From: an uncultured Pseudomonadales bacterium
GTDB lineage: Bacteria > Patescibacteriota > Microgenomatia > UBA1400 > UBA1396
Direction: 5' to 3'
Assembly: GCA_964519905.1 (NCBI GenBank)
Contig: CAZFLN010000003.1
Coordinates: forward strand, 1,413 to 65,412
DNA length: 64,000 nt
The notes under the pieces are model-generated. The model saw only the letters and a list, made by a program, of their open reading frames with translations, had not been told where the DNA came from and made no database searches. The position numbers were made by a program, and so were the translations under genes. The stretch's first letter is position 1. Every line of letters begins with the position of its first letter. Of the stretch, positions 35,938-46,429 are shown one piece after another.

Positions 35938-37047
35938 GTGCATGTGAAGAAATCTGAACTTTACTTTGCCGGCGGATGTTTTTGGGGTGTAGAAAAGTAT
36001 TTTCAGAACATGCCATGGATTCTCGAAACTGAAGCGGGATATGCAAATGGGTCTCTCCAATCGGTGGGAGCAGATTCACCAAGTTATCAAGAAGTTCGGT
36101 CTGGAGAGACCGGCTTTGCTGAAACCGTTCGTGTTGTTTGGGATGCAGAAGCACTCACCGTTACAACACTTGTTCGTAGATTTTTTGACGTGATTGATCC
36201 ACTGTCTCAAAACAAGCAAGGGAACGACGTTGGGACACAGTATAGAACCGGTGTGTACTATGGTTCAGATTTTTCAGAGCAAGAGAGTGTTCAAAAAGTG
36301 TTTGCAGAAGTAGAGAAGAAGCTTGGGGTTACATCTTTAATGACTGAGTTTTTGCCATTAAAAAATTTCTTTCGCGCTGAGTCTGAACATCAATCCTATC
36401 TTACGTCAAATACATCTGGGTACTGTCATATTCCTGTGGAAAAATTGAACCAAACATTTGAACTTATCGATGCTGAACGCTACCCCAGACCAAGTCTAGA
36501 GCAAATTCGAAAAAAACTTTCTGGTATACAGTTTTCTGTAACGCAAGAGTCTGACACTGAGGAAGCATTTACGGGTGAAACATGGGATAACTATAAAAAA
36601 GGGATTTACGTTGATATTGTGACCGGTGAGCCACTTTTTATTTCTGCTCAGAAGTATGAAAGTGGCTGTGGTTGGCCTTCATTTTCTCGACCGATCGATG
36701 AGAGTGTAATTCAAGAGTTTCACGATGATTCAATCCCTGGGCGAACCAGAGTAGAGGTGCGCAGTCGTTCTGGGACACATTTGGGTCATGTTTTTTCTGA
36801 TGGCCCGAAAGAAACAGACACTGGAGTTATTCGTGAAAGAGACACTTCTGCAGAAAGTTTTCATGATGAGAATTCTGCGAAACAGAGATTACTCGAGCAG
36901 GGACTTTCGGAAAAAGAGGCAGAAAAACGTCTGGTACCTCAAGAATCAACGGGATTAAGATACTGTATAAACTCTGCATCTCTTGAGTTTATCCCTTCAT
37001 CAGAGTTGAACGATCGTGGATACGGGTATTTGATGGAGCTTCTGTAA
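35938..37047 (+). CDS. msrAB: bifunctional peptide methionine sulfoxide reductase MsrA/MsrB fusion
   Basis: MsrA motif GGCFWGVE near the N-terminus. MsrB motifs GCGWPSF and RVEVRSRSGTHLGHVF in the C-terminal half. Confidence 0.8.
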   Translation: MHVKKSELYFAGGCFWGVEKYFQNMPWILETEAGYANGSLQSVGADSPSYQEVRSGETGFAETVRVVWDAEALTVTTLVRRFFDVIDPLSQNKQGNDVGTQYRTGVYYGSDFSEQESVQKVFAEVEKKLGVTSLMTEFLPLKNFFRAESEHQSYLTSNTSGYCHIPVEKLNQTFELIDAERYPRPSLEQIRKKLSGIQFSVTQESDTEEAFTGETWDNYKKGIYVDIVTGEPLFISAQKYESGCGWPSFSRPIDESVIQEFHDDSIPGRTRVEVRSRSGTHLGHVFSDGPKETDTGVIRERDTSAESFHDENSAKQRLLEQGLSEKEAEKRLVPQESTGLRYCINSASLEFIPSSELNDRGYGYLMELL

Positions 37048-37190
37048 CTTATTTTTCTTGAGAGATGAGTATACGATCGTTTGTCTCTTTTTGATCTAGC
37101 AAGATGTGGTTTACAAGTGCTTCGGGTTTTGGCTATTCTGTGGGTAGTTCGGATAATATTCGCCGAAGAAAACGCAGAGGAGAAATCAAC

Positions 37191-37811
37191 ATGGCCGTGA
37201 CTTTATACCGCCGACAAAGACAAATTGTAGACTTTATTGCGCAGTATATCCAGTTGAATAACTACTCTCCAACCTTGCAGGAAATTGCAGACGCTATCAA
37301 TGTTTCTTCTTTAGCTACTGTTCATGAGCACTTGTGCGCGCTCGAAAAGAAAAGTGTCATTCGTCGCTCCGAGGGCGCGGTGCGCGGTATTGAGTTGATG
37401 GATCGAACATTCTTGAAGCTGACAGAAGGCATTGATCTCCCAATCATGGGCTTCGTGGCAGCTGGTCGACCGATCGAACCATTTACAGATCCAAACGCCA
37501 CATTTAAGGTTTCACCACAGTTGATTTCTGGAAAGCGTCGTGCCTATGTGCTGCAGGTGAAAGGCGACTCGATGGTTGATGATGGAATTCTCGACGGAGA
37601 TCACGTGGTGATTGAAGAGCAAGATGAAGTTCACGATGGAGATATTGTGGTTGCTATGCTCGACAATGGTTTGGCTACCTTGAAGCGCTTTTATAAAGAA
37701 GCGACTCGAATTCGTCTTGAGCCCGCAAACGCAACCATGTCCCCAATTTATGCTACGAACGTTCGTATTCAAGGGCGATGCGTTGGTCTCATTCGAAAGT
37801 TTGTGGCATAG
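37191..37811 (+). CDS. lexA: LexA repressor
   Basis: Internal Met start (MAVTLYRRQRQIVDFI). N-terminal winged HTH. S24 peptidase catalytic blocks (VKGDSMVDDGILDGDHVV, GLATLKRFY). The ORF-track start at 37104 adds a nonconserved extension. Confidence 0.85.
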   Translation: MAVTLYRRQRQIVDFIAQYIQLNNYSPTLQEIADAINVSSLATVHEHLCALEKKSVIRRSEGAVRGIELMDRTFLKLTEGIDLPIMGFVAAGRPIEPFTDPNATFKVSPQLISGKRRAYVLQVKGDSMVDDGILDGDHVVIEEQDEVHDGDIVVAMLDNGLATLKRFYKEATRIRLEPANATMSPIYATNVRIQGRCVGLIRKFVA

Positions 37812-37819
37812 TACTCGTT

Positions 37820-38725
37820 TTACACGAGCTCGGTTTCAAAATTTTGCTGAATGGATCTGATCCAGGTCCGTTGACGCTTTGCATATTGTCGCTCGAGGTG
37901 AATCCATTTTTCTACTGCTTCATCTTGTGTGATCTCGTTTTCAAGAAGGTCTCTTAAGACTGTATATCCAGGAACTTGGAAAGCCGGAATATTCCAGTTT
38001 GGGAAGTTTTCCATAAGAAATTTGGTTTCTGCGATTGCTCCAGAATGGATACGCTCTAATACCCTGGCGGTGATATTGGCAGTAAGATCGGAAATCTCGG
38101 CATCACGCAGGAAAATTTTGTACTCACCTTTTTGGACTAAAGGCGCTGGTTTTTTCGACTCATTTGCCTGAACAACTTCGACGGCACGAACCAGTCTTTG
38201 TGGATTTGATTGATCTGATTGATTCAAGCTTTCCCAAGCGGTTACAGAGTGAGTTTGCAGTTCTTTTTGTAATTCAGATATGGAGAGGTGCTGTGCTTTC
38301 TTTCTCCAGTTTGGGTTTGGAGGGACGAATAAAGTGGCAGGTGGGTCAAGAATTGCTTGCATCCACTGCCAAGTGCCTCCGACAATCATGAGCGGTACAT
38401 GTTGTTCTCGATGCCACTGCAAAATGGGTTGTACCCAGTCATACCAATGGCGAAGAGAAAACTCTTGATCAGGAGAAACGACATCAACTCCCCACAAGAA
38501 AAATTTCTCCGGGGAAAGCCAGGCAGGTGGTCCTGCAGGAGTCTCTATTTGCCAGGTCGCTCCAGGGGCGATATCTTTCCCAACCACAATATTGCAGTGT
38601 TGAAAGACTTGACGCGAGTCTGCCGAGAGGAGATTTCCTTTATGTTGTTTTGCCCACTGAAAAGCAAACTGTGTTTTCCCACTCGCAGTTGGACCGTACA
38701 AAAAATGAAATAAGGTTTGAGACAT
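37820..38725 (-). CDS. miaA: tRNA dimethylallyltransferase
   Basis: Start at MSQTLFHFLYGPTASGKTQFAFQWA (P-loop). About 302 aa. The long upstream ORF extension overlaps the response-regulator gene. Confidence 0.7.
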   Translation of the reverse strand: MSQTLFHFLYGPTASGKTQFAFQWAKQHKGNLLSADSRQVFQHCNIVVGKDIAPGATWQIETPAGPPAWLSPEKFFLWGVDVVSPDQEFSLRHWYDWVQPILQWHREQHVPLMIVGGTWQWMQAILDPPATLFVPPNPNWRKKAQHLSISELQKELQTHSVTAWESLNQSDQSNPQRLVRAVEVVQANESKKPAPLVQKGEYKIFLRDAEISDLTANITARVLERIHSGAIAETKFLMENFPNWNIPAFQVPGYTVLRDLLENEITQDEAVEKWIHLERQYAKRQRTWIRSIQQNFETELV

Positions 38726-38727
38726 AG

Positions 38728-39429
38728 TTACCGTGAAAATGCTTGGAGCTCGTAGCCTGTTCCATAGTGTACGACAATTGTGAGCCCAAGAGACTGAAGT
38801 TTTTTTCTTAATCGTTGAATGGTGACATGCATGGCCGCTGTAGGATTGTTTCGCAGTGAAAGTGGAAGTGTAAAGCGCAGTTGTTCGTGTGACACTTGCC
38901 CCGTATCCGAAGAAAAAAAGCGTGATAAAAATTGACACTCTCGTTTGGTTAATTTTGTTTTTTCTGAATCGGTGCGTTTTTGCACCGTTTGTTGTGCGGG
39001 ATGCAGTAGAAATTCTCGCCAGGTTTGAGTTTTTTTCTCATGAAGTGAATGAATTCTTCTGGCTGCCCAAACGTGTTCACTTACCAATTGGGCCGAGAGT
39101 GGTTTGCACAAGTATAGATCTGCCCCTGCTTGGAGGGCTGTGCGTTGCTCATGTTCTTGACTAATTCCCGAAAGGACGCAGAGTAATGTGTGTGGAAAGT
39201 CTTTTTTCAGGGGTTGTATGAGTTCCAGGCCATCTCCGTCTGGAAGAGTTCGGTCAAGAATAACCACGTCGTATCCAGAATCCTTTTCAGCCAAATGATA
39301 GAAAGCGCCTGCCAAGGTGGTGACTTGATCTACGGTGTGAATTGGCTTTCGACGCAAAGAACGTGCGAGTAGACGATTCAGGTGAGGATCATCTTCAACA
39401 ATAAGCGACTGCATCGGTCGATTTGGCAT
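38728..39429 (-). CDS. OmpR-family response regulator (receiver plus winged-helix DNA-binding domain), no cognate kinase in window
   Basis: Receiver acidic pocket VEDD and phospho-acceptor VVILDRTLPDGDG. C-terminal winged helix (LTKRECQFLSRFF...VHYGTGYEL). Its stop abuts the miaA start. Confidence 0.7.
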   Translation of the reverse strand: MPNRPMQSLIVEDDPHLNRLLARSLRRKPIHTVDQVTTLAGAFYHLAEKDSGYDVVILDRTLPDGDGLELIQPLKKDFPHTLLCVLSGISQEHEQRTALQAGADLYLCKPLSAQLVSEHVWAARRIHSLHEKKTQTWREFLLHPAQQTVQKRTDSEKTKLTKRECQFLSRFFSSDTGQVSHEQLRFTLPLSLRNNPTAAMHVTIQRLRKKLQSLGLTIVVHYGTGYELQAFSR

Positions 39430-39497
39430 ACGGGTATTGTACTGCAAAATCAAACAAAAAACGAACAAAACACGAATCTATTTGTCTTGAGACGGGT

Positions 39498-39815
39498 CTA
39501 GAGCTGCTGCCAAATGGCCTCATCGCTGGCCTGGAGAAGGAGTTCTTCTCGAGCGCGACGTTCGAGCTCAAAGCTGCTGGTGGCCGTTTGAATACTGTGT
39601 TCGAGCTGCATTTTTTGTGCTTCTAGCTCTAGCACTTTTTGTGATTCTGATTCAAGAAGTGTTTGCACTGTTTTGGCTCTCCAGACCAAACGAACACAAG
39701 ACACGATCAGTGAAATCGCTAGAATCAAGAGGAGAATTCGCTGAGTAATGCGAAAAAAATATGTTTTTTTGTCTGGATGTGCACGATTCTTCATAAATAA
39801 GTAGTACTTGACCAA
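39498..39815 (-). CDS. septum formation initiator (FtsB/DivIC/FtsL-like) protein
   Basis: Single TM (ILLLILAISLIVSCV) followed by a coiled coil (LLESESQKVLELEAQKMQLEHSIQ). Confidence 0.55.
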   Translation of the reverse strand: MVKYYLFMKNRAHPDKKTYFFRITQRILLLILAISLIVSCVRLVWRAKTVQTLLESESQKVLELEAQKMQLEHSIQTATSSFELERRAREELLLQASDEAIWQQL

Positions 39816-39868
39816 ATATTATCGGACATTACAATACACCTAGGTGAAAGGCACTTTCATCATACTCT

Positions 39869-40726
39869 ATGTGGAACTCATATCGCGACAACTATATTTC
39901 ATGGCTTCGTCAGGCTGGAAAAGCTCAGGCTACGGTTATTGCGTATCAAAAAGATATCGAACAGTGCATTGAATTTGTGCTCCGTGCCGGAAAAACTGAG
40001 CCAAATCAGGTAACTGCTGAAGATGTTGAAGCGTTTAAGCAAGAGTTGCTGACGCTTCGCTACACCGATAAATCTGTTTCTCGAAAACTCAATTCTGTGA
40101 AGTCATTCTTCCGTTTTCTTCGTGAACAAGATGTTGTTCCTGGAAATCCAGTGCAAAAGGTTGAGCACCCAAAGTATGAAGTTGCTCCGCCACGAGTTCT
40201 CACCAAAACTGAGTACCGTGCACTGCGTGATGCTTGTAAAGCAGATGCTCGCATGAGTGCGGTAATTGAAATTTTACTGCAAACGGGAATTCGAATCAGC
40301 GAACTGGCTGCCTTGCGAGTTGAGGATATTTCAGTTACGAAGCGTGAGCTTTTTATTGCTCCACATGGTTCTCATCCGTCTCGAATTGTCCCGCTCAATG
40401 ATGCCGCAATAGAAACGATCAAACAGTATGAAAAAGTCCGACCACGAAGCAAAGAACGTACTTTTTTCCTGACGAAAAGCTGTAGACCATTTTTGGTACG
40501 GAACATCCGCAGCGCGGTGGATCGTTACTTTAAGATCGCTGGGATTAAGGATGCTCGAGTCAATGATTTGCGACACACGTTTATTGTGGAGCAGTTGGCA
40601 GCTGGGATGTCGCTGCTCACCGTGAGTCAAATTGTTGGTCACAAGCGTATTTCTACTACCGAGCGATACCTGCAGTTCCTTGATATGAATGCTTTATCGG
40701 CGAATGTGAAGCTCCGTACATTGTAA
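39869..40726 (+). CDS. tyrosine site-specific recombinase (XerC/XerD type)
   Basis: N-terminal SAM-like domain. Catalytic blocks GIRISELAALRVEDI and LRHTFIVEQLAAGMSLLTVSQIVGHKRISTTERYL (R..K..HxxR..Y). Confidence 0.8.
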   Translation: MWNSYRDNYISWLRQAGKAQATVIAYQKDIEQCIEFVLRAGKTEPNQVTAEDVEAFKQELLTLRYTDKSVSRKLNSVKSFFRFLREQDVVPGNPVQKVEHPKYEVAPPRVLTKTEYRALRDACKADARMSAVIEILLQTGIRISELAALRVEDISVTKRELFIAPHGSHPSRIVPLNDAAIETIKQYEKVRPRSKERTFFLTKSCRPFLVRNIRSAVDRYFKIAGIKDARVNDLRHTFIVEQLAAGMSLLTVSQIVGHKRISTTERYLQFLDMNALSANVKLRTL

Positions 40727-40774
40727 TTACAGAGTACTCTGTTCGGGAGTGAATGTTCGTTTTCTACCCCAGAC

Positions 40775-41155
40775 ATGCGCTATAATGTGCCTATGTCTGA
40801 ATCCTCTGAATACCTTTCATTTCAACAGTGGCAATCTGCGGATATCCGTCTGGGCACGGTTGTGGACGCTACTGAGCCAGAGTGGTCAGAAAAACTCATT
40901 GAGTTGACGGTTGATTTTGGAACAGAACTGGGTCAGCGTACTATTTTTACCGGATTGAGACCACACAAAACAGCGGCTGATTTTCTGGGGAAGCAAACAT
41001 TGTTTTTAACCAACTTACCACCTCGAAAAATGGGTCCAAGTGTCTCTCAAGGTATGTTGTTAGCGTTTGATCCTCCAGGTGTTGAGTCAGATCCTGCCAA
41101 TGTTGTTCTTATGCTGTTTGACAACCTTGGACCAAATGGCTCACGACTTTTATAG
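40775..41155 (+). CDS. tRNA-binding protein (CsaA/Trbp111/MetRS C-terminal-like OB-fold domain)
   Basis: DIRLGTVVDATEPEWSEKLIELTVDFG block typical of the Myf tRNA-binding domain. Confidence 0.55.
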   Translation: MRYNVPMSESSEYLSFQQWQSADIRLGTVVDATEPEWSEKLIELTVDFGTELGQRTIFTGLRPHKTAADFLGKQTLFLTNLPPRKMGPSVSQGMLLAFDPPGVESDPANVVLMLFDNLGPNGSRLL

Positions 41156-41195
41156 AAAAATAGGCTACACTTGCCCTTCACTTTTAAGGAGTTTT

Positions 41196-43085
41196 ATGGC
41201 GAAAAAGAATACCACAGCACCAGAATCACAGGAATCAGAAAAGAAATCGATTCGCAAGCGAATTGAGGTACAGCTGCCTCTCAACCCTCGTCGAAGTATT
41301 GTGTGGGTGCTCGTTGCATTACTGTTTGTGCCGTTTATTTTTAGTATTTTCTTCTCTGGTGGAAATAACAGAGTTCCACTCTCACAGCTTTTAGAAGATG
41401 TTCGTTCTGAGCAGGTCCAGAAGGTTACCATTGAGGGAGCTGATATTAAGCTGAGTTACCACGATGGAACCGCGAAAGTTTCGCGAAAAGAGAACAATCA
41501 AGATTTTGTAAGTTTGTTGCAGCAGGTTGGTGTTGATCCGACACAGGTTGAAATTGAAGTAAAGGGTATGACTGCAGCAACACTTTTCTGGCAGTTTGTG
41601 GTGAATTTCTTGCCGCTTTTGCTGATGGTCGGATTTTTCTTGTTCTTATTCCGCCAAGCTCGAGGTTCTCAAGGGGACATGATGGGATTTGGCAAGAGCA
41701 AAGCCAAGTTTTTCGTCAAAGGAAAGCAAGACATTAAGTTCGCCGACGTTGGTGGGATGCAAGAGTCCAAGCAAGAGCTGGAAGAAATCGTGGACTTCCT
41801 TCGATCTCCGAAAAAGTATCAGAAAGTTGGCGCACGCACTCCAAAGGGTGTGTTATTAGTTGGACCAGCCGGAACAGGAAAGACTCTGTTGGCTCGAGCT
41901 GTGGCTGGAGAAGCCGGTGTGACGTTCTTGTCTATAGCTGGTTCTGAATTTATGGAAATGCTCGTTGGTGTTGGAGCAGCTCGCGTGCGCGATTTGTTTG
42001 ATACCGCAAAGAAAATGTCCCCAGCAATTATTTTTATTGATGAAATCGATGCCATTGGGCGTCGTCGTGGTCAATCGAGTGGTATGGGAAGTCATGATGA
42101 GCGAGAGCAAACACTCAACCAAATTCTGGTAGAGATGGATGGATTTACCACCAACGACAATGTCATCGTCTTAGCCGCCACTAACCGTGGTGACGTTTTA
42201 GATCCAGCATTGACTCGACCAGGTCGTTTCGACCGTCGTGTGACGGTTTCTTTGCCAGACATTGAAGAGAGAAAAACTATCCTCAAGATTCACTCTGACA
42301 GTAAACCGTTTGCGTCAGACGTAGACTGGGACAAGATTGCTCGCCGTACGGTTGGATTTTCTGGAGCGGATATTGAGAATATGTTAAACGAAGCGGCTAT
42401 TATGATCGCTCGACAGAATCGGACCGAAATCACGGCTGTTGATCTGGAAGAAGCTGCCTTGAAGGTCAAACTTGGTCCTTCCAAGAAACGTTTGCACTCT
42501 GAGTACGAGCGGAAGATGACCGCCTACCATGAAGCGGGTCACGCTTTGGTAGCGCACTTATCTCCACATGCTGATCGAGTGCACCGTATCTCGATTGTGT
42601 CTCGTGGATACGCTTTAGGCTTCACCTTGACTCCACCGGATACAGATAAGTATCAGTCAACCTACTCAGAAATGATTGATGAAATGGCTGTGCTCCTGGG
42701 TGGTCGAATTGCTGAGGATGTTTTCTTTGGTGAGCTGACCGGCGGTGCCACCAGTGATATCGAAAAAGTGACGCGAATTGCTCGCGCTATGGTGACTGAG
42801 TATGGTATGAGCACTTTGGGTCCATTGAACTTTAATCCAATGCTGGACAACCGTGGTTACTCGAGTACTGAGCCATTCAAGATCTCAGACAAATTACAAG
42901 AAAAAGTTGATGCTGAGATGGCTCGATTTGTTGAGATTGCTGACAAGCGATCCCGAGAACTCATAACCAAAAATAAGAAGAAGATGGATGCGATCGTTGA
43001 GCGACTCCTCGATATTGAAACACTCGAGTCAGAAGAGTTCGAAGAAGTGATGGGTGTTCCTAAAGCGCAGCCAAAAGTTTCTTAA
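41196..43085 (+). CDS. ftsH: ATP-dependent zinc metalloprotease FtsH
   Basis: AAGGAG RBS. Two N-terminal TM segments. Walker [24 protein letters not shown] region and zinc site HEAGHALV. The ORF-track start at 41067 is an upstream extension. Confidence 0.95.
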   Translation: MAKKNTTAPESQESEKKSIRKRIEVQLPLNPRRSIVWVLVALLFVPFIFSIFFSGGNNRVPLSQLLEDVRSEQVQKVTIEGADIKLSYHDGTAKVSRKENNQDFVSLLQQVGVDPTQVEIEVKGMTAATLFWQFVVNFLPLLLMVGFFLFLFRQARGSQGDMMGFGKSKAKFFVKGKQDIKFADVGGMQESKQELEEIVDFLRSPKKYQKVGARTPKGVLLVGPAGTGKTLLARAVAGEAGVTFLSIAGSEFMEMLVGVGAARVRDLFDTAKKMSPAIIFIDEIDAIGRRRGQSSGMGSHDEREQTLNQILVEMDGFTTNDNVIVLAATNRGDVLDPALTRPGRFDRRVTVSLPDIEERKTILKIHSDSKPFASDVDWDKIARRTVGFSGADIENMLNEAAIMIARQNRTEITAVDLEEAALKVKLGPSKKRLHSEYERKMTAYHEAGHALVAHLSPHADRVHRISIVSRGYALGFTLTPPDTDKYQSTYSEMIDEMAVLLGGRIAEDVFFGELTGGATSDIEKVTRIARAMVTEYGMSTLGPLNFNPMLDNRGYSSTEPFKISDKLQEKVDAEMARFVEIADKRSRELITKNKKKMDAIVERLLDIETLESEEFEEVMGVPKAQPKVS

Positions 43086-43139
43086 GAGCAGATTTGCTGT
43101 AAAGAACTCTGGTTGGTGTGTCACAATAGGGAGAGTCAT

Positions 43140-44087
43140 ATGCTGTTGGAACCGCAATCACCTGATTTAATCATTTTTGATTGTTATTCAGTGTTGTTTC
43201 GAGCATTTCACGCTTTTCCAGAAACCTTGACATCTCGAGACGGAGAACCAACGAATGGGGTCTATGGTTTCACCAAGATGGTGTTGGACGTTCTGAACGA
43301 GATTCGTCCAGAATATGTGATTGCCGCGGTCGATATGGGAAAACCCACGTTTCGTCATGAAGCGTTTGAGGCATATAAAGCGAATCGAGAAGAGGCGCCA
43401 GCGAGTTTGAAGCACCAAATTCCATTTATGCATGAGGTTCTCGCTGCCCTCGCCATTCCCACGATTGGGGTAGAAGGATATGAAGCGGATGATGTTATTG
43501 GCACGCTGGCTACGCAGTTACCCGCTCAGAATCCAGATCTCCAAGTTGGAATTTTTACTGGCGACAAGGATGCATATCAGCTGGTAAACGACCAAGTATT
43601 TGTGCTGCGTCCTGGTCGTAAGCCAAAAGAGTCCTGGAAGCAAGTTGATCGAGAAGGCGTGATTGATGCGCTCGGCGTTACTCCAGAACAGGTTCCTGAC
43701 TACAAGGCCTTGTGTGGCGATAGTTCTGACAATATTCCAGGTGTTCGTGGGATTGGGCCTAAGACAGCGCAAAAGCTGTTAGCTCAAGCGCAAACTCTTG
43801 AGAACTTATATGCCGTGTTGGAAGATTTGGCACAGCCATTTCCTTGGGATGTCTCGGCGGCAATCCAGCAAAAGTTGCGTGATGGTCGTCAGGATGCTTT
43901 TTTGAGTCAACAATTAGCCCAAATCGATCGGGCTGTTCCCGTTCATGTCACGCTTGAACAGGCAAAACTGAGTGATTATCGCAAAGAAGAAGCTCAAGAA
44001 GTATTTGAGAAATATGCCTTTCGATCGCTGATTTCTCGTTTACCTTCTGATGATTTTGAAATGGGAATTCAAGAATCATTATTCTAA
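43140..44087 (+). CDS. 5'-3' exonuclease (stand-alone Pol I N-terminal/FEN-like domain)
   Basis: LIIFDCYSVLFRAFHAF, GEPTNGVYGF, GDKDAYQLV and the H3TH block PGVRGIGPKTAQKLL. Confidence 0.85.
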   Translation: MLLEPQSPDLIIFDCYSVLFRAFHAFPETLTSRDGEPTNGVYGFTKMVLDVLNEIRPEYVIAAVDMGKPTFRHEAFEAYKANREEAPASLKHQIPFMHEVLAALAIPTIGVEGYEADDVIGTLATQLPAQNPDLQVGIFTGDKDAYQLVNDQVFVLRPGRKPKESWKQVDREGVIDALGVTPEQVPDYKALCGDSSDNIPGVRGIGPKTAQKLLAQAQTLENLYAVLEDLAQPFPWDVSAAIQQKLRDGRQDAFLSQQLAQIDRAVPVHVTLEQAKLSDYRKEEAQEVFEKYAFRSLISRLPSDDFEMGIQESLF

Positions 44088-44127
44088 ATTCGCCTGAAAC
44101 TCTTGAGGTGTGCTAGGATTGGAGTAT

Positions 44128-45447
44128 ATGAAACTGACTGTTATTGGAACTGGATTTGTTGGTGTCGTGAGCGCAGCGGTGTTTGCTTCGTTTGGAAACG
44201 ACGTCTTTGGACTTGATATTGACGAAAAAAAGGTGGAAAGCCTTCGGGCTGGGAAAGTCCCCTTTTACGAACCTGGGCTTGAAGAACTCCTCCAGTCCGA
44301 ACAAGCTGCCGAGAGACTCCAATTTACCACCAGTTATGAATCCGCCGTTGCGGATGCAGATGTTATTTTCATCGCTGTTGGAACTCCTTCAGCCCCAGAC
44401 GGCAATGCCGATCTCCGTTTTGTGTTTGCAGCCGCAGAATCAGCAGCTCAGCATGCAAAAGAAGGTGCCGTTCTTGCCATCAAAAGCACTGTCCCACCAG
44501 GAACACTTGAAAAAATTCAGCCGCTTGTAGAAAAAGCAGCCAAGAATCACATAGTGTTGGCAAGCGTTCCAGAATTTTTACGAGAAGGAACAGCGGTGCA
44601 AGACACGCTGCATCCAGATCGAGTCGTGATTGGCTGTGACGACGAAGTGGCTCGAACCACATTAGCAACCCTGCATGAGCCACTGAACGCTCCGATTATT
44701 TTTACGAAGCCTGAGAGCGCTCAGATGGGCAAGTATGCTGCCAATGCGTATCTGGCGACTCGTATTAGTTTCATTAATCAAATCGCTGATTTGTGTGAGC
44801 AAAATGGCGCCGATGTGCAAGAAGTCATCGAAATTATTGGTCAAGATAAGCGTATTGGACAGCACTACTGGTTCCCTGGTCTCGGGTACGGTGGTTCCTG
44901 TTTTCCAAAGGATGTAAACGAGTTGGCTGCTTACTCTCGTTCTGTTGGTTTGGGTGGAAACTTGTTTAACAAAATTTCTGAGATTAATAAGGATAGAATC
45001 TATCAAAAACTTGATGAGGTGGAAAGCGTTATCGGTGGCTGGCAAGGTAAGACAGTCGCCGTTTTAGGGCTTTCTTTCAAGCCGAATACCGATGACATGC
45101 GAGAGGCTCCGAGTACGAAAGCAGTGCCTCACTTGGTGCAGCGCGGTGCAGTAGTTCAAACATATGATCCTATGGCTACAAAAGCTGCGAAGACTTGGTT
45201 TGCCGACCTTCAGACCGTGGTCTATGCAGATGAAATTTCACAAGCGCTCGAAGGTGCCGATGTTGTTCTGGCTTTAGTGGAGTGGCCAGAGATTATCGGT
45301 TTTGATTTTGTTTCCTGGAAGCAGCAATTTGCGGCCAATCGTGATGTGACCTTCTTTGATGCACGCAACCAATTCAACATGGAAGCACTGGAAAACGCGG
45401 GTTGGAACGTAGTGGCGATTGGCCGCGGAAAGAATCTTTCCGCATGA
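44128..45447 (+). CDS. ugd: UDP-glucose 6-dehydrogenase family (nucleotide-sugar dehydrogenase)
   Basis: MKLTVIGTGFVGVVSAAVFA Rossmann. Catalytic GGSCFPKD block. UDP-binding C-terminal domain. Confidence 0.85.
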   Translation: MKLTVIGTGFVGVVSAAVFASFGNDVFGLDIDEKKVESLRAGKVPFYEPGLEELLQSEQAAERLQFTTSYESAVADADVIFIAVGTPSAPDGNADLRFVFAAAESAAQHAKEGAVLAIKSTVPPGTLEKIQPLVEKAAKNHIVLASVPEFLREGTAVQDTLHPDRVVIGCDDEVARTTLATLHEPLNAPIIFTKPESAQMGKYAANAYLATRISFINQIADLCEQNGADVQEVIEIIGQDKRIGQHYWFPGLGYGGSCFPKDVNELAAYSRSVGLGGNLFNKISEINKDRIYQKLDEVESVIGGWQGKTVAVLGLSFKPNTDDMREAPSTKAVPHLVQRGAVVQTYDPMATKAAKTWFADLQTVVYADEISQALEGADVVLALVEWPEIIGFDFVSWKQQFAANRDVTFFDARNQFNMEALENAGWNVVAIGRGKNLSA

Positions 45448-46415
45448 TTTCTCCACACTCTCGAATTCTCATAACTGGGGCGGACGGTTTTGTTGGTTGG
45501 CATGTTTTGCAGCAGCTGCAGAAATCAGGGTATCAAGATCTGCACGTTACAACCTATTCTTCCTCGGAAAGACTCAAAGCTGCTTGTGGGGCGGAGAATG
45601 TCCATCAGTTAGACCTTACTGACACCAGCGCAGTTTTGGAATGTGTGAGAGAACTCCAGCCAGCAGCGATCCTGCATTTTGCTGCTTGGTCGGCAGTGGG
45701 CAGCAGCTTTGATAACGCCTCAAAAGTTATGAATATGAATACGGCCTTGCAGCTTTCTGTTCTTGAAGCGATTCGTCAAGCTGCACCACAAGCGCGACTC
45801 CTCTGTATTGGTTCAGCTCATGGGTATGGTCACATTTCAGCCGACCTCAATCCACATCAAATCACTGAAGAGTATCCATTGAATCCAGACAATCCCTATG
45901 CGGTTTCGAAAATTACACAGGAAATGTTGTCACGGGCTTACAAGTTTGCGTATGGTCTGGATATTGTTTTTGTACGTCCATTTAATCAAATTGGGCCTGG
46001 TCAATTGAATGAGTTTGCTGTTCCAAGTTTTGCTGAGCAAATTGCGGCGGTAGAACGAGGAGAGCAAAGTGTCGTTCAAGTTGGGAACTTAGACGCGGTG
46101 CGAGATTTTACCGATGTCCGAGACGCCGCTGTAGCGTATCAAATTCTGCTTGAATCAGGTATTTCTGGAGAGACCTACAACTTGGGATCCGGTGTGGGAA
46201 ATACCATGGAAGCTGTGCTCAACATTTTAAGAGGTCTTGCCGAGACAGAAGTACGTGTCGAAGTCGATCCCAGTCGTCTGCGTCCAAGTGATATTCCAGT
46301 ATTTGTAGCTGATGCTACTCGGCTCAGAGCACTTGGGTGGCAGCCTTCCTACTCGCTTGAGGACACGCTCCATGATATTCTCAAGGATATACGATCAAAA
46401 AAGAAACACGAATAA
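45444..46415 (+). CDS. rmd: GDP-4-dehydro-6-deoxy-D-mannose reductase (Rmd-like SDR)
   Basis: ATGA overlap with ugd. [34 protein letters not shown] and [16 protein letters not shown] blocks closely resemble Rmd rather than Fcl. It sits immediately upstream of gmd. Confidence 0.6.
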   Translation: MISPHSRILITGADGFVGWHVLQQLQKSGYQDLHVTTYSSSERLKAACGAENVHQLDLTDTSAVLECVRELQPAAILHFAAWSAVGSSFDNASKVMNMNTALQLSVLEAIRQAAPQARLLCIGSAHGYGHISADLNPHQITEEYPLNPDNPYAVSKITQEMLSRAYKFAYGLDIVFVRPFNQIGPGQLNEFAVPSFAEQIAAVERGEQSVVQVGNLDAVRDFTDVRDAAVAYQILLESGISGETYNLGSGVGNTMEAVLNILRGLAETEVRVEVDPSRLRPSDIPVFVADATRLRALGWQPSYSLEDTLHDILKDIRSKKKHE

Positions 46416-46429
46416 AAGAAGTGGAACGT

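Noticed and set aside
35805-37190. Possible SOS (LexA) boxes upstream of uvrB and lexA
   Set aside because: I found no CTGT-N8-ACAG, GAAC-N4-GTTC or GTTC-N7-GTTC type palindrome. The shared GTATAC-containing strings look like -10 elements (TATACT/TATAAT) rather than an operator. The box for this lineage may be noncanonical.
39869-40726. Xer-type tyrosine recombinase as the integrase of the tRNA-Ser island
   Set aside because: It lies about 18 kb away in a housekeeping context (ftsB-like, ftsH nearby). It is more likely the chromosome dimer resolvase.
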